Below are positions 1-11,989 of a stretch of DNA of 64,000 nucleotides, in pieces. Under the pieces are notes generated by a model that saw only the letters and a program-made list of their open reading frames with translations, was not told where the DNA came from and did not search any database. The position numbers and the translations under genes were made by a program. This DNA comes from Tubiluchus corallicola (lineage: Eukaryota; Animalia; Priapulida). Positions within the stretch are counted from its first letter, which is position 1; the number at the start of each line of letters is the position of its first letter. The stretch is taken from assembly GCA_030141605.1 (NCBI GenBank), contig JAQGDQ010000018.1, forward strand, positions 992,001 through 1,056,000. Reading direction: 5' to 3'.

Positions 1-1554
1 TCTAAGTTGACTTTGTTAACTATACATTTTCCCAACTTACGGATTCTGTGGTGTGCTACTCCATATGCAACGGCAGAATTGTTCGAAGAAATCAAGGTTA
101 GCCATTTTAAGTGTTATTTGTGTTATCTAATCATCATATTAAATTCATCCTAATAATTAATGTATTCATATCTAGTATGCAGCCTGAAATAGCCTCCAGA
201 AATATAAAAGACTTAGAACAGTAAAGCAGTTGTCTTTACAATAGAATAGTGGTAGTAAATTTAATGAAATTGTAATTTCATTATCTGTACATCTTGACCT
301 TGTGGAAAGTTTGAACAATACTGTCAAGGCAACATATAGGAATAGCAAAATGAGATAGTGATTATAGATTACATTTTTCTAGTTTATCGCTAATGTACCG
401 CTCGTATTCACAGCTTTAGATGTTCTAGGCTGTTTCTTCTACATTTATTTGCTCTGCAGTTTTTCAAAAATTCCCGAATACTAAATTATAATAATTGCTT
501 GTGCAAATTATGCTGCTTATGCATTATGCAAAATTATGCTGACCATGCCTTACATTGTCAGTGCAATTATCTATCTTATTTTGAATTTTTAGATAGGAAA
601 AGACCAGCCTGACATAGCAAAGGCCAAAACTATTGTTGCAGAATCTCAGTGTTTGGGTATTGTAGAAGACAAGTACAGTCATAGACCACGAGTATGTGTA
701 ACACTACTGTTTCCAGTTTGTTGAGATCGGATGAGTTATATCTCTTGAATTCTGATAATGCACTTACCAAAACATTTGCATTTTATAGTATTTTTTCTGA
801 AATATTTAATACTAGTTCAATTATACATTTCTAATGAACAATATATGTACTATCTGAAAAACATCTTTCACTGATTCTGAGTAAGACAGAACAATAGTTG
901 TTCTTTGTTCTCTTTAGATAGTACTGCAGCATACTTTTCATGATATCAAAGAATCCATCGTATTGCTTAAAATGATAGTGAAGAGAATTACATTGAAGCG
1001 TAATCAAAAATTGCTAACCCAACAACCTCTTAGTGAGAAATTATACTCACTTCAGTGGTGCAAATCAATACTGAATGATGGACCAATTAGAGGAACATCT
1101 CGAACTGTCAGTTTCAAGATAGATAAATTATTGCTTATGCATTGAGTATTGATAGATCTATTTCGCACATCACTGTTTTTCTTTGTGGCAGATTTTTCAA
1201 TAGTTTTATCATAGAGAAAGGCACATTATAACAATGATGTTGCTTCTACAGCACCCACGTGCTTATAACATTATTAAATTCAAGTAAGCTAGTGCAACTT
1301 TAAATAAAAATGCTGCATTTCATAATTTGTTTCAGGATCTGATTCTCAAACTTCCTGGTATAAGTTCCAAGAATTACAAAAGAATTCTCAACAATGTGGA
1401 AAACTTGGTAAAGCTCGTGGGTTTATCTGAAGAAAAGGTTTCGGATATTTTACAAAACCAAACTTTCGGTAAAATGTTGTATGAATTTTTACATAAAGAA
1501 AAGGAAGAAAATATAACAAAGAAAGGTGCATCTTACTTTAGAAAATTTAAATGA
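1..1554 (+). CDS. ERCC4: DNA repair endonuclease XPF (ERCC4), 3' part: last three coding exons <1-96, 593-691, 1336-1554
   Basis: The spliced translation [32 protein letters not shown] / [19 protein letters not shown]...KYSHRPR / [24 protein letters not shown]...LYEFLH matches the end of the XPF nuclease domain and the HhH2 domain. Both introns are phase-0 GT-AG. Stop TGA at 1552-1554. Confidence 0.93.
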
Positions 1555-2951
1555 ATTGTATGTACATTAAATAAGATTAAGGTTTAATAAGGTTTTATAA
1601 GTCATGCTTCCAAAGTGTCGTCAAGGCTATTTAAAGCCATATTAATTACTAGTACTTCACTTTATGTAATTATATAGTATTGTATTGAAATTTAAAGTGC
1701 TATACCAGAATTAAGAAATTTATGTTTTGAGAAAAATCAGGACCTGTCTCTTTGTTTCTCATGACATTTCACTCATTTGAAATTGAACACTTTATGTTCC
1801 GGAGCAATTCTGCATTACACTAAGTAAAATGATAATTGCTATGTATGGGATTCATAATGGAATGAAGTCACTTAGTTAATATTTTAAAATAATGCTTGTA
1901 ATGTACATAATTATTATAATTATTCTTGTTGTAATAAACTGATTAAAACTGATAATTAAAATTAATTAAATAATGTAGGCATATGATGTCTCAATTAATT
2001 AATAATTATTACTGGTTCATTTTAAAAACTGAGAAAATGTTGTCATAATTACATATTATTCCTATTTATTGTCTAATATTGGAAATGTATATAAGATATT
2101 TTTTGTAATAAATACCTAGTTAAAGTAATAACATTGCATTTGTCATTTAAGCTGATAGCATACCTGCCATTTTTTCACTTGGCACAAACTAAAATATAAG
2201 AGTAAATTTTCATGTTCCTAATTAAGCTTCTTATAATATCCAGTCCAGTTAACTACATGTAACATTTTTCATGATCATAGCTGAGGACATAGTCAAACGT
2301 GATAACTGTGTAGATGCAATGATAGCAAAGTTTAACAAGCTGTTTTATGTAAAATAACACTGTTTATTTTGCAATTTTTTTAAATTCAAGCCTTTAAAAG
2401 TAGATGTTTTTCAAAAACTATTACCGATCCTTGTACCCTCATGATATTGAACCATTGGCAAGAAAGCTAAATGTGTGATGGGATTGATTTAACTGATGAC
2501 ATATAATGCTCATCTCTTTATAGAAGACACATACGTGTTAATACGCTAATGAATTTTTGGTTCCTTCATATCTATCTAACATTTAGAGAGTGCATCTTTT
2601 GTCAACATCTACAATTATGTAAACCAAATGCAAGTGCTATAAATGTGTAATTCCTTTCTCTCTCGACATTGCGAATCGTTAGAACTGTTTGCTTGAGAAA
2701 TAAGAATGTTGTTGTTGCACTGATACTAAACCTTTTAAAAAGGCCAGGATAGTATTATGAAGGATAAGTTGTTGCTGTAAATACGAAAGGCAGAATGTGG
2801 TAAACAGTACTGTTATTAAAAGCTAACTGACAGTCTGACACACTAAACATTTAAATGCGGCAATACTTAAACACAATGTTTGCAACGAAGGTAATTGAAA
2901 AAATTGTTCTGCTAGGGAATTGATTTCCCATGTTGTTTAATGTGAATATGT

Positions 2952-3706
2952 TGTAGGGAGCCGAGTAGACCACTGAGCCAAGTAGACCAATCGGTCTACT
3001 TGGGCTGCCCAAGTAGGACACTAGAGACAGGTCGCGAACTGAGTCGTTAAGTGTACTGACACCGTCCGTTGAGCTTGTTTATGTAATAATAATAATTAAA
3101 AACGTTAGTACACGTTGAATAATTTATTATACATCTAATAAAATAAAAGAATTTTATTCTGAGCTGGTAGAACGGACAATATTAAATTGGGTTTCGATAT
3201 TAATGTTGTTGAAGTGAAAAAAAACCACTTTTTTGCGAATTCAACATTTGTTTAAGGTATATCATTTTTGATTTTGTCTCACTTCACAAACAGGTGATCC
3301 GTTTCACTACCTCTTGGGCAAATAATTGTTTTCTTATAAGTAAACGTTCTAGCGATCTATGTGTCCTACATAGGCTAGCGAGCTGCTTTGTTACCAAACA
3401 AACTCTCGTTCAGTGAACGAGTTACAAAAGTCATCACAAAACAATACCTGCGTACTGCATGCTGAGTTAAACACCTGATCAAGCAAGTTTTCATGACGCC
3501 AAACTGACGACAACTCAACCAACAAGCACAATTTTTAATAAAATGAAGAAACTTTCACAGAATTTTCAAAAATTTGACAAAATTACCGATTCTCGACAAA
3601 AATCGCTAGTATCCTACTTGGGCTGCCCATGTAGGACACTACTTTTAGCGCATCGGTTTTACCGGAAGTGGTCTACTTGGCTCAGTGGTCTACTCGGCTC
3701 CCTACA
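2952..3706. mobile_element. Non-autonomous DNA transposon with TGT...ACA termini, 38-bp TIRs and 5-bp TSD (possibly Ginger2/TDD-like)
   Basis: The left end TGTAGGGAGCCGAGTAGACCACTGAGCCAAGTAGACCA is the exact reverse complement of 3669-3706. TATGT flanks both ends (2947-2951 and 3707-3711). No internal ORF in the supplied track. Confidence 0.9.
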
Positions 3707-3779
3707 TATGTGAATTCTGCCTAGACCCTGTTAGTAAACAGTACAATTATTACACAAATATACGTTTGACTGACCCATA

Positions 3780-3990
3780 ATAAATGCGAGACCTGGGAGC
3801 AAACTTTTGTAGAGAATTTTGCGTGCAACTTGTTGCTATAGCAACCAGTCTAGATAAAATTCCCATGGTCGCACCAGGGCTTGGCATTGACTCTGTTGCA
3901 GTGTTTATTGTTTAACCGCTGCTTAGACTTAAATGTTAGCGAAAGAGAAACCTCTAGTTAGGTAAATGATATATAGGTGGTTTCACGAAA
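3780..3990. repeat. Dispersed repeat, copy 1 (inverted copy at ~14885-15115), containing the palindrome GTTGCTATAGCAAC
   Basis: GAATTTTGCGTGCAACTTGTTGCTATAGCAACCAGT here matches the reverse complement of ACTAATTGCTATAGCAACAGGTTGCAGGCAGAATTC near 15057-15092. GCCAAGCCC and GAAACCAC blocks are also shared in inverted order. Confidence 0.65.
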
Positions 3991-4253
3991 CAGAGACAAA
4001 ACCTTTAATTTATTATGATTTAAGCAGCATTGATTTTTGCCTCTGGAACGTATCTCAATTCTTAGGTTTACATTACTTTCTATGGAAGTCTCTTACTCTT
4101 AGCTTCGTTTAACGATGTTTCACTTAACATCATAATTTGCTGGAACGCATTAGCGTCATTAAACGACGACCTACTGCAATTAGTTTGTAGGTCTACCGCA
4201 CACAAATGAAGATAATGTGTTGATCATCAATAATTTTTGAATGTGAAAGGATC

Positions 4254-4745
4254 GGTCTAGAAACAAAATTTAGAATTGTTGATGCACTTATGGAAACTGT
4301 TTCACTACAGCCCTGAAATATGGACAGTCAAACCCATTGCATATTTTCAGATATGGATGCGTTTCAAAGAAGAGACTGCAGGAACATTCTATGAATTACA
4401 ATTCTTGCAGTGCATCTCCAAACTCTCTGCATCCAATGTATAAGCTTAACACCAAATGATATCCTTATGATTATGTGAAAACAGCTTGTCTCTTAATCTA
4501 AGTTATAATTGGTCTTTTTAATTTTTTTAGAATGTGTAACACATTGCTGGGAAAATTTCAGGTCATTAGTTATATGATCACCTAGATCATTCTTATATGT
4601 ATTCCCAAAGAGTCTTTCCTTTCACGAACTCTCAAGATTCTAAATCCACAGTGTAATGCCTCACATTTATAATCAATTGTTCAATGTCATCAAGAAATAA
4701 GGAATACCTTTATTTGTTAAAACTATTTCGGACGTGATGGAAATC
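4254..4745 (+). mobile_element. Old, highly degenerate LINE fragment (post-RT region, RTE/L2-like)
   Basis: The frameshifted translation GLETKFRIVDALMETVSL / YSPEIWTVK / MDAFQRRDCRNIL resembles the LxTKxRIF...LLYGxETW...LDAFxRRCLRxIL region C-terminal to non-LTR RT domains. Confidence 0.55.
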
Positions 4746-4756
4746 ATGGAGTCTGC

Positions 4757-4815
4757 AACAGCGGCCTAGTGGTTATATCACTTACCTGCCAGGCCAGAGG
4801 TCTTAGCTCCTGTCA
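4757..4815 (+). mobile_element. Possible degenerate tRNA-derived SINE head
   Basis: A-box-like GCGGCCTAGTGGTT is followed by a tRNA-like stretch, but the B box is not intact. Confidence 0.3.
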
Positions 4816-5282
4816 TGTTTTTTTGACCCATCTACAACAGGATTTACAGGCTGCCTTTCTTAAACTGCTCAGCATTAACTAAGCTGGCCTACCTGACAAT
4901 GAAACGTGTGAAGAAAAGGCAGCTAAGTGATGGACTAGCTTTCCATCTTCCTCGTGTCCCGAAGTTTCATAAATACCTGCCACAAGCTCAGACATGCCTT
5001 AGGGGTAATGTTTGCTGTGTGGTATTACGTATTTGGTGTCCCAAGTTTAATGAATCGTTAGAGGCAACTTGCAAGACTTGCAGTATGTAATTTAAGATGT
5101 GCAAAACAAGAACTAATGACATTAAAAAAAAGTTAATTCATTAGATTGCTAAGTGCGTCAAATTTTTTGTAATTTTAGCTACCCAAATCAGTCATATTTA
5201 TAGTCTTAGTGGTAAATTAGTGGTGCCGTGCTACATGCATAGTCTTTGTCATATCATAACTAAACTGGTTTTTTTGTTCACT

Positions 5283-5405
5283 TTTGATTCGAAATTCGTT
5301 CGAATGTTTTTAATATTGAATTCGATTCTGGTTCGAATCGGTAAGAATTCAAAAGCCAAAAATTCGATTTGAATTTGATTGTTGGTGTTATTTGCTCATC
5401 CTTAG
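5283..5405. mobile_element. End of a TTCGAA-rich MITE family (a related opposite end lies at 11609-11700)
   Basis: Clustered TTCGA/TCGAA subterminal motifs end in TGCTCATCCTTA. The sequence at 11609 begins TAAGGGTGAGCA, nearly its reverse complement, and is followed by the same TTCGA motifs. Confidence 0.5.
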
Positions 5406-6592
5406 AGGTGGTTAGTAATTGTTTTCTTCTGTGGTTTCAGCTTTGCTATAAAAAGAAACGCTAGATATTGAGTTAGTGTACATGACTAGAGTTTTTTACA
5501 TGACGAGTACAAAGATATAGTGACTGTGAAAGATGGCAAATCATATACATTAAGCCATTAGTAAATCTCAGTATTTATATCCCAAACCAAATGGAATCCC
5601 AAAAGAAAATATCAAAATACTGTAGAATTTGTTGCATAAATGGCCGCTATAGGTTGCAAAGGAAGTGTATAATGCTTTAATATAGTAAAGTTAGCCATTT
5701 ATTAAAACTAAATTTTGTTTTATAAATCCATCTTACGCTGCGAGGAAACGAAATGCAATGCTTGGGAAATCAAGCATGATGAATTCATTGAAGACAATGT
5801 TGAGACGTTTCAGAGCCCAGACCCATCGGGTTTTGGGTCTAAAAGTGACAAGTTCAAATTTCAACCAAACAAAATGCATTTCCAAGGTAACTGAGCGAAT
5901 AATTCAGCAATAGCAAAATTATTATCTTGAGACGAAGATCAAGTCAGCAATGATTTCCAACATGCAGCCTTTGCAGTTTTGGCATATTGCAGAATCTTAA
6001 GTTTATAACTTAGTCATAGACAGCAGCCTAGTTCATACTTAGTATACATTTATAATAATAAAGCAGTAAGGGGCTTGCTGACTACCCGTTTTTCCTTGCC
6101 TTGTTTGCCTGAATATATCTGAAAATTATGTATGCATTTATAAATTATGTACAATCGAATTTTAATAAATGTTTTATTTGATTGTCTACCTTTACTTATC
6201 CAATTCTTTTCTTCCTGAATCTGAGCCATTTTTAAGTTCATTTAAATTTCTTTTTAAGCACTGAACTACTACTACTACTACCAATTTTTGTTGTATATAC
6301 AACTAAGGGCTAGCTTGGGCACAATAATTGCCTTCCAAGCAGAAGTTCCAGTTTCTTTTTGAACATTTGACAGCACAAGCATAGCTTCAAATGCTCCTGC
6401 AGCTTTTCATGTCAAAAATTCATTGCTTCACTTGCCATTATGGTCTATATTCAGGATATGAATTACATCAAAGTGTCTATATTGTAAAAAATAATTTTAT
6501 TTTCAGATGTGTCATTATCAGCAATAATTTGTCTAACATATATCCACTCATCCAGCAAATGACACTGACATTTACCCAAATTTGATATAAAT

Positions 6593-9233
6593 ATGGCTGT
6601 TTGTGTTGCTGTAATTGCAAAAGAGGTAAGACGTTGCGTAATTAGTGATGAATGACACTGTAGTTAAATTAGCAATTTGGTATTCCGGGTTGCATGGTCA
6701 ACATTTTTTACTGCCCCTTGTGACCAGTTCCGAAATTCACCAACTGTCAATGAATGCTCACTATCAAAATATCTCAAAAAGGCTACTAGCACTGTGGGAG
6801 AGCTGGCAAAGAATATGAAGATGACCACTGACAGCTGTGACATCTTTTTGCCCTGCCTTTTTTGCTGAACTTAGCTGAACTAATAATTGAGCATGATGAA
6901 TAAAACAAGCAACTTTAAAAAATTTATTTCTTTATCAGCACTCAAAGTTTAAAACTTTTTTCACCTTTATTTAATGGCAATTTAAATGATTTTTTGCCAG
7001 TCATATAGTACCGCAAATGTTAATATCTGTTAATATTTGCTGAATTTTGTTGTATACATTTGAAGTCTACATTCCAGAAATTAGAATGTAAACTGAATGT
7101 TAGTAGATGCCTACACAATTTACAGTTTTATTGCAATCGTTGTTGTTATAGCACATATTGTGAACTATTCATTCTTGCTAATGAAAGAATTGTAACTAGA
7201 TGTCCATTTATCCTGACTTATTTACATGAGCTGTTCCTTTCAATATCATTGAAGCAAAATACCTATGCTCCTATATCGTTATTTATGTCATTATTAGTAA
7301 TCCACATTATATATTTAATCATTGTGACAAACATGATTATGGTGTTTGTTTTTTTCTAGCTCAATGTACTTACACTGTTTTTATATAATTGTTTTTTAGC
7401 ACTGACATTAATTCGGTTTTGTGTAAAAGTTTATGTGAAATTCATAGTACGTTTCTGTTTGTTTTCAGAACTATCCGTTATTTATCAAAGCTTTGCCAAA
7501 TGAAAATGAGTTAAAGTATCACTACATTGTTCATGCTTCTCTAGATGTTATAGAAGAGAGAATAAATTCAGTTAGCAAAAATGCAAATGACTTGCGTGAA
7601 CTATACTTGGGGCTCTTATACCCAATTGAGGATTATAAAGTGTATCCTTTTGTTAACTTTTTGGTTAACTAATGAATCACCATCAACTCTTTAGAAGTGC
7701 ATTTCTTAACAACTGTCACAGTGATCACTACATACTTGCCACAAGCATTTGAAATGGTTTTTTATGCTGCTTAAATGTAATTAAGTTTTAATTGAATATA
7801 AAGTGTAAAATGTAGGGTATGGTAGGCCCTTCCTTCCATAGAATCGCTTGATATCATTTCATACGTGTGCATGTGACAATCAATTACACAATTGTTATCT
7901 AGTATATTCTGTCTTGTAAGCTTGTAAAAGTTTATTAACCCTTTCTTGCAGAGAACTCTTTGATTGAAGGAATTATTTTTTCTGTACTAGCCTAATACAG
8001 CCTACAATTAGTTGTTGGAATTTTTATTAGAGAATCCCAAAAACTGTGTTGAAAATGTCAAGTTTATTCTAGTAGGAAAGCATCATTTTTTAGGCTAAAT
8101 GATTAAGCAATTTGAGCCCAACAATGAATTAAAAGTTCATGAACATTTGCAGTAAATACAGTCTGAGACATTTGAATCAACTAGTAAATAAAAAAAATAA
8201 CTAAAAACAAATAAATAACTACATACTGAAACTATTGGTAATTATTAAAACATTGTAGAGCTAAATCCACTCATCGATTTTTAAATTTTTATAAGCCATC
8301 GCAATGAAGTGCAAATTTTGACTGTTTATGAGTCCAAATTCCGGTGGAGTTATTTAAACTCGGTTTTCAAATGTCTTGTATTAGATTTGGTGTCAAAATT
8401 CTTAATTCTTTCTTCAGCTATGGGTATGTGACAAACACAAGGATAAAGTTCATTATAATAATAGAATCTTCTAATACAGTGATTAGAGACAATGAAATTA
8501 GAAGTGTAAGTTATTATATTCATAAGCTGATTAGTCATTATATTATACCATAATAATGCATTGTTCCTCTTGACAAAAAAAAACATTACAATTTTTGAAC
8601 TTTTTTATTTAGTATTTTCAGCCATACTAGTGAAATAATGTTTCGTTATTTATAAAAATTTTATCATGAAAGTGAATAGCACTGCTATATTTTAAACAAG
8701 CTACTTACTTGAAGATTGCCTATAATTTTATTGCAGATGTTTAGGAAATTGCATAATGCATACACTGATATGGTCTGCAATCCTTTTTATACACCCGGAG
8801 AAGAAATTAAATCAAAGTAAGTAACAAATACTTATTTTGTGATTCATTGACAAAGATTAGTACTATTTTACGACACTTTGATTCTAATTAATTGCAAGGT
8901 TTAACACTAATTATGTTTACACTAATTTGGCAGTGCTTCTGTATTGTATATATTTTATTCTTTATATACATGTAATATTTTTTCGTATTAAATTATTTGA
9001 TATATTGTCTTGTATTGTAACGTAGTGTCTCGAAATGTGAGTACTGTTTACACTGTGATAATGTGAGTGATTGCGAAAAAAGTTATATTTATTCATCAAA
9101 CATATGATATGAATTAATTTTGCTGCATGTTCACTTGTTGAGACAATTGTTGCTTCTTCATTTTATTCCATTGGGTTTTTTCACTTTTTGAAGGTCATTT
9201 GAAAGAGTGTTGGACACAGTCATCCAGGAGTGA
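6593..9233 (+). CDS. TRAPPC2L: Trafficking protein particle complex subunit 2-like (sedlin family), 137 aa; exons 6593-6625, 7469-7641, 8418-8505, 8737-8816, 9194-9233
   Basis: The spliced protein [42 protein letters not shown]...[84 protein letters not shown] closely follows vertebrate TRAPPC2L. All intron phases are compatible (414 nt). Confidence 0.96.
7642..8417 (+). other. U12-type (minor spliceosome) GT-AG intron in TRAPPC2L
   Basis: The 5' splice site GTATCCTTT matches the U12 consensus RTATCCTTT. Branch site TTCTTAAT at 8399-8406 lies 11 nt before the intron end. The reading frame requires this intron. Confidence 0.92.
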
Positions 9234-9598
9234 TCCTTCATTTTAAGGGCTTGGAATTAACATTTTATCGTTTGGGTAAACAATTCGGGCATCGTTATTT
9301 CTAAATGAAAATGAGAATTTAACTATCGTCTACTTGTAAATATGATTTAATTACCTCTGTAATATGCTCTGTTGCTTGTTTATTGTGCACTATTGTAAAT
9401 ATATGTCTGAATCTGATGCAAAGCAATGCTTACGTATATCAGTTTAGCTTTAGTCTGGTTCTAAAATCCTTTTTTGTTAATGTAGGCAAAAGGTGAGGAA
9501 CTGGCTGTCACTGCATCAAATTTGAGGCATGAACTGTATTTTCCTAACCTTAATTGCCAATGAATTTAGATTAACATGGCAGTCCTCACTGCGTACTA

Positions 9599-10595
9599 CA
9601 GTAGGTGCCGCTTAATAGACTCACGGTTAATAGACTCAATCGCTTAATTGACTCAAAAACGCTTAGTACGCTGCTTCTATGCAAATGTACGTAAAAACTG
9701 TCGGTAATTGACTCAAATAACTCCGCATAATTAACTCAATATTTTTGCTTCACGTGCTTCAATAAGACATTTTCGTGTGACTACTAATCTTTTATGACGT
9801 TTATCATCTTAGTTCGTTTTTGTCCTATAATATACATAGTAACAATCATGTTAAGTACCTTTTTGTTTGTAAGCAGGAATGTTTATCATATGCTAATATG
9901 TTAGTTTAATGGTTTTCTTTGACCCACCCATCCACTGCAATTAACCTTGTTACCCAAGAAGTCCTAGAAGCTAAACATTTAATCACCTGCTTAGCGGTTT
10001 GCTTTTAAAGTCTGGCTGTCTTTGCCAGAAAGTTTAATCAGTTAGTTGCTATTTTTATGCTAGGGACACAGGTACATGTACAGTACAGTAAATTATGATA
10101 GCAAGCAGAAAAGTACAGACGCAGCTATTTGCGGGGAAACACGGGCACCACCAACAGTTTAAGCATGCCAAGCACTAAGTATTTTACGAGAATTTGTGCA
10201 TCATATAACAACAGATTTTCAACGTTTTTATCACTATGAGAACTTTGTGAGCCAAGTTCTTCGTAATAAAATGAAGCAGCCGAGTTTGCAGGAATTTTTG
10301 TAATTTTTGCAAATAAACAGACTTGTGTAATTTAGAAAAGTATGCTTTTTAATTTAGTGCTAATTCACTTATATAAATTAATACTTTAAAAAAAATTTTT
10401 CTAATTTTTAACTGCACGAAGGAATCTAGGCATTACTTCATTTCTAAAATTCATTAAAAACGCTTGCAGTGCGTAGTAAGCTGGTGACTCATACTCTACA
10501 CCAATAATACTACACCCATCAGTTAATATGTTCAGTCGGTTAATTGGGTCAAAACACTTCGGTCCCAAAGTAAGTCTATTATGCGGCGCCTGCTG
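9599..10595 (+). mobile_element. pogo/Tigger-derived MITE, copy 1
   Basis: TIRs CAGTAGGTGCCGCTTAATAGACT...AGTCTATTATGCGGCGCCTGCTG are flanked by TA on both sides. A remnant of a transposase C-terminus lies at 10148-10303. Confidence 0.88.
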
Positions 10596-11608
10596 TACAT
10601 TCATGAAACCGAATAATTTCGTTTTTGATTCTAACAGAAAAATGTTGGGAAAAGGGAGTAACTGAGTGATCAGCTTGTAGCTTAACTGTAACATGGTGTG
10701 ACTGGGTGACCATTGGAAAACTAGTTCTGCTATGTCAACTAGCTATTTCTTTCATTTAGGGGAGACTGGGAGTAAACACATTTGATACTCAGACAGTTTA
10801 ATGTCTCTTCTACAGGGATTATCTGTTAGTCTGGTTTCAATCACGTCACAGCCATTTGATATCAGTAAAACTTGGCCTTGCTTTTGATTATATTTAAAAA
10901 AATAGTTCTGTTTAGCCAGTAGCCAACATTCTATTGCATAAAATTACACACGATTTTAACAGTGTGTAGTGGGCTGACTGACAAAAAATACACATAGGTA
11001 TCATATTAAAGTTGTTGTACATTAGGAACTATTTAATTAAAGTCACAAGGTGAGATAAAATATATATTTGCAGTGAGACTATAGAGTAGTTTGCAAAGTT
11101 TGTGAGTTTGTAAACTTCAAATTTTTTTGTACATGATTACATCTTACAAACTGCAGATAAGTTGTACGGGGTGTCCCAGAAGTCACTATACAGTTTACAT
11201 TTCTTATATTTTTAACAAACAAAGCAAAATGTTTGAAAATTGTTACAGATGAAATAAACCCTTGGGTAATTATTCTAATCAAATTATGCGAAAATCTGAA
11301 AAAAACCACTGCTCTAGCAGGCTACCTATTTTTACTGCTTTCTTCAGAGATCTCAAGAGTTTTGGAGATGAATCCAATGCCAAGTCTGGCATCTTGCATT
11401 GAGAAAGTCTCATGGCCCTTGAGTGGTGAGGTTCCAGTCAGAAAATAAATGAAAAGAACTTCCAAATATCCCTTTTGATTAATGTAAAAACTTGCTGAGA
11501 TTGGAAAAAAATTGAAAAGAAACTTAGAAATCAAAGTGTGTAATGATTTTAAGACTCTCTATATTTTAGTAATAAACACCAAGCTTGTGGCACTGGTAAC
11601 ATAAAAAC

Positions 11609-11940
11609 TAAGGGTGAGCATTGAATTTGATTCGCGCGAGTTTTTTTTACTTCGAATTCGATTCAAACGTAAACTTATAGATTCGAATAATTCAGCACTT
11701 CAGCCACATGAGTTGTTTGTCATTAAAACGTTTGAAACATTGTGCAGCCAGCAGAATTTAACTGGTGATTCTTTATTAGTAATTTATTATTGTAACAGCA
11801 CATTATTAGTAGTTTTACAGCAGAACAAAATTAAGCAATATGCAAAATGCAAAGTTGTTCGACTTGTGGATTTGAAATGGTGAAATTCGGTTTTGTTCAA
11901 CTTAAGTTCGAAAAGTTGCAAATTTGATTCGAGTTGCACT
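11609..11940. mobile_element. TTCGAA-rich MITE remnant (same family as 5283-5405)
   Basis: Starts TAAGGGTGAGCA, with TTCGA clusters at 11620-11695 and 11880-11935. Confidence 0.45.
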
Positions 11941-11989
11941 ATTTCTTTTCTACATTTTAGCATAAAAACATTATTATAAATACTAAAAA

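Noticed and set aside
4459-4466. ATATCCTT resembling an AT-AC U12 donor
   Set aside because: It lies inside a decayed LINE fragment, with no supported upstream exon or matching AC acceptor.
11165-11195. TA-CGGGGTGTCCCAGAAGTCAC, a mariner-like TIR
   Set aside because: I found no matching opposite end nearby, so no element can be delimited.
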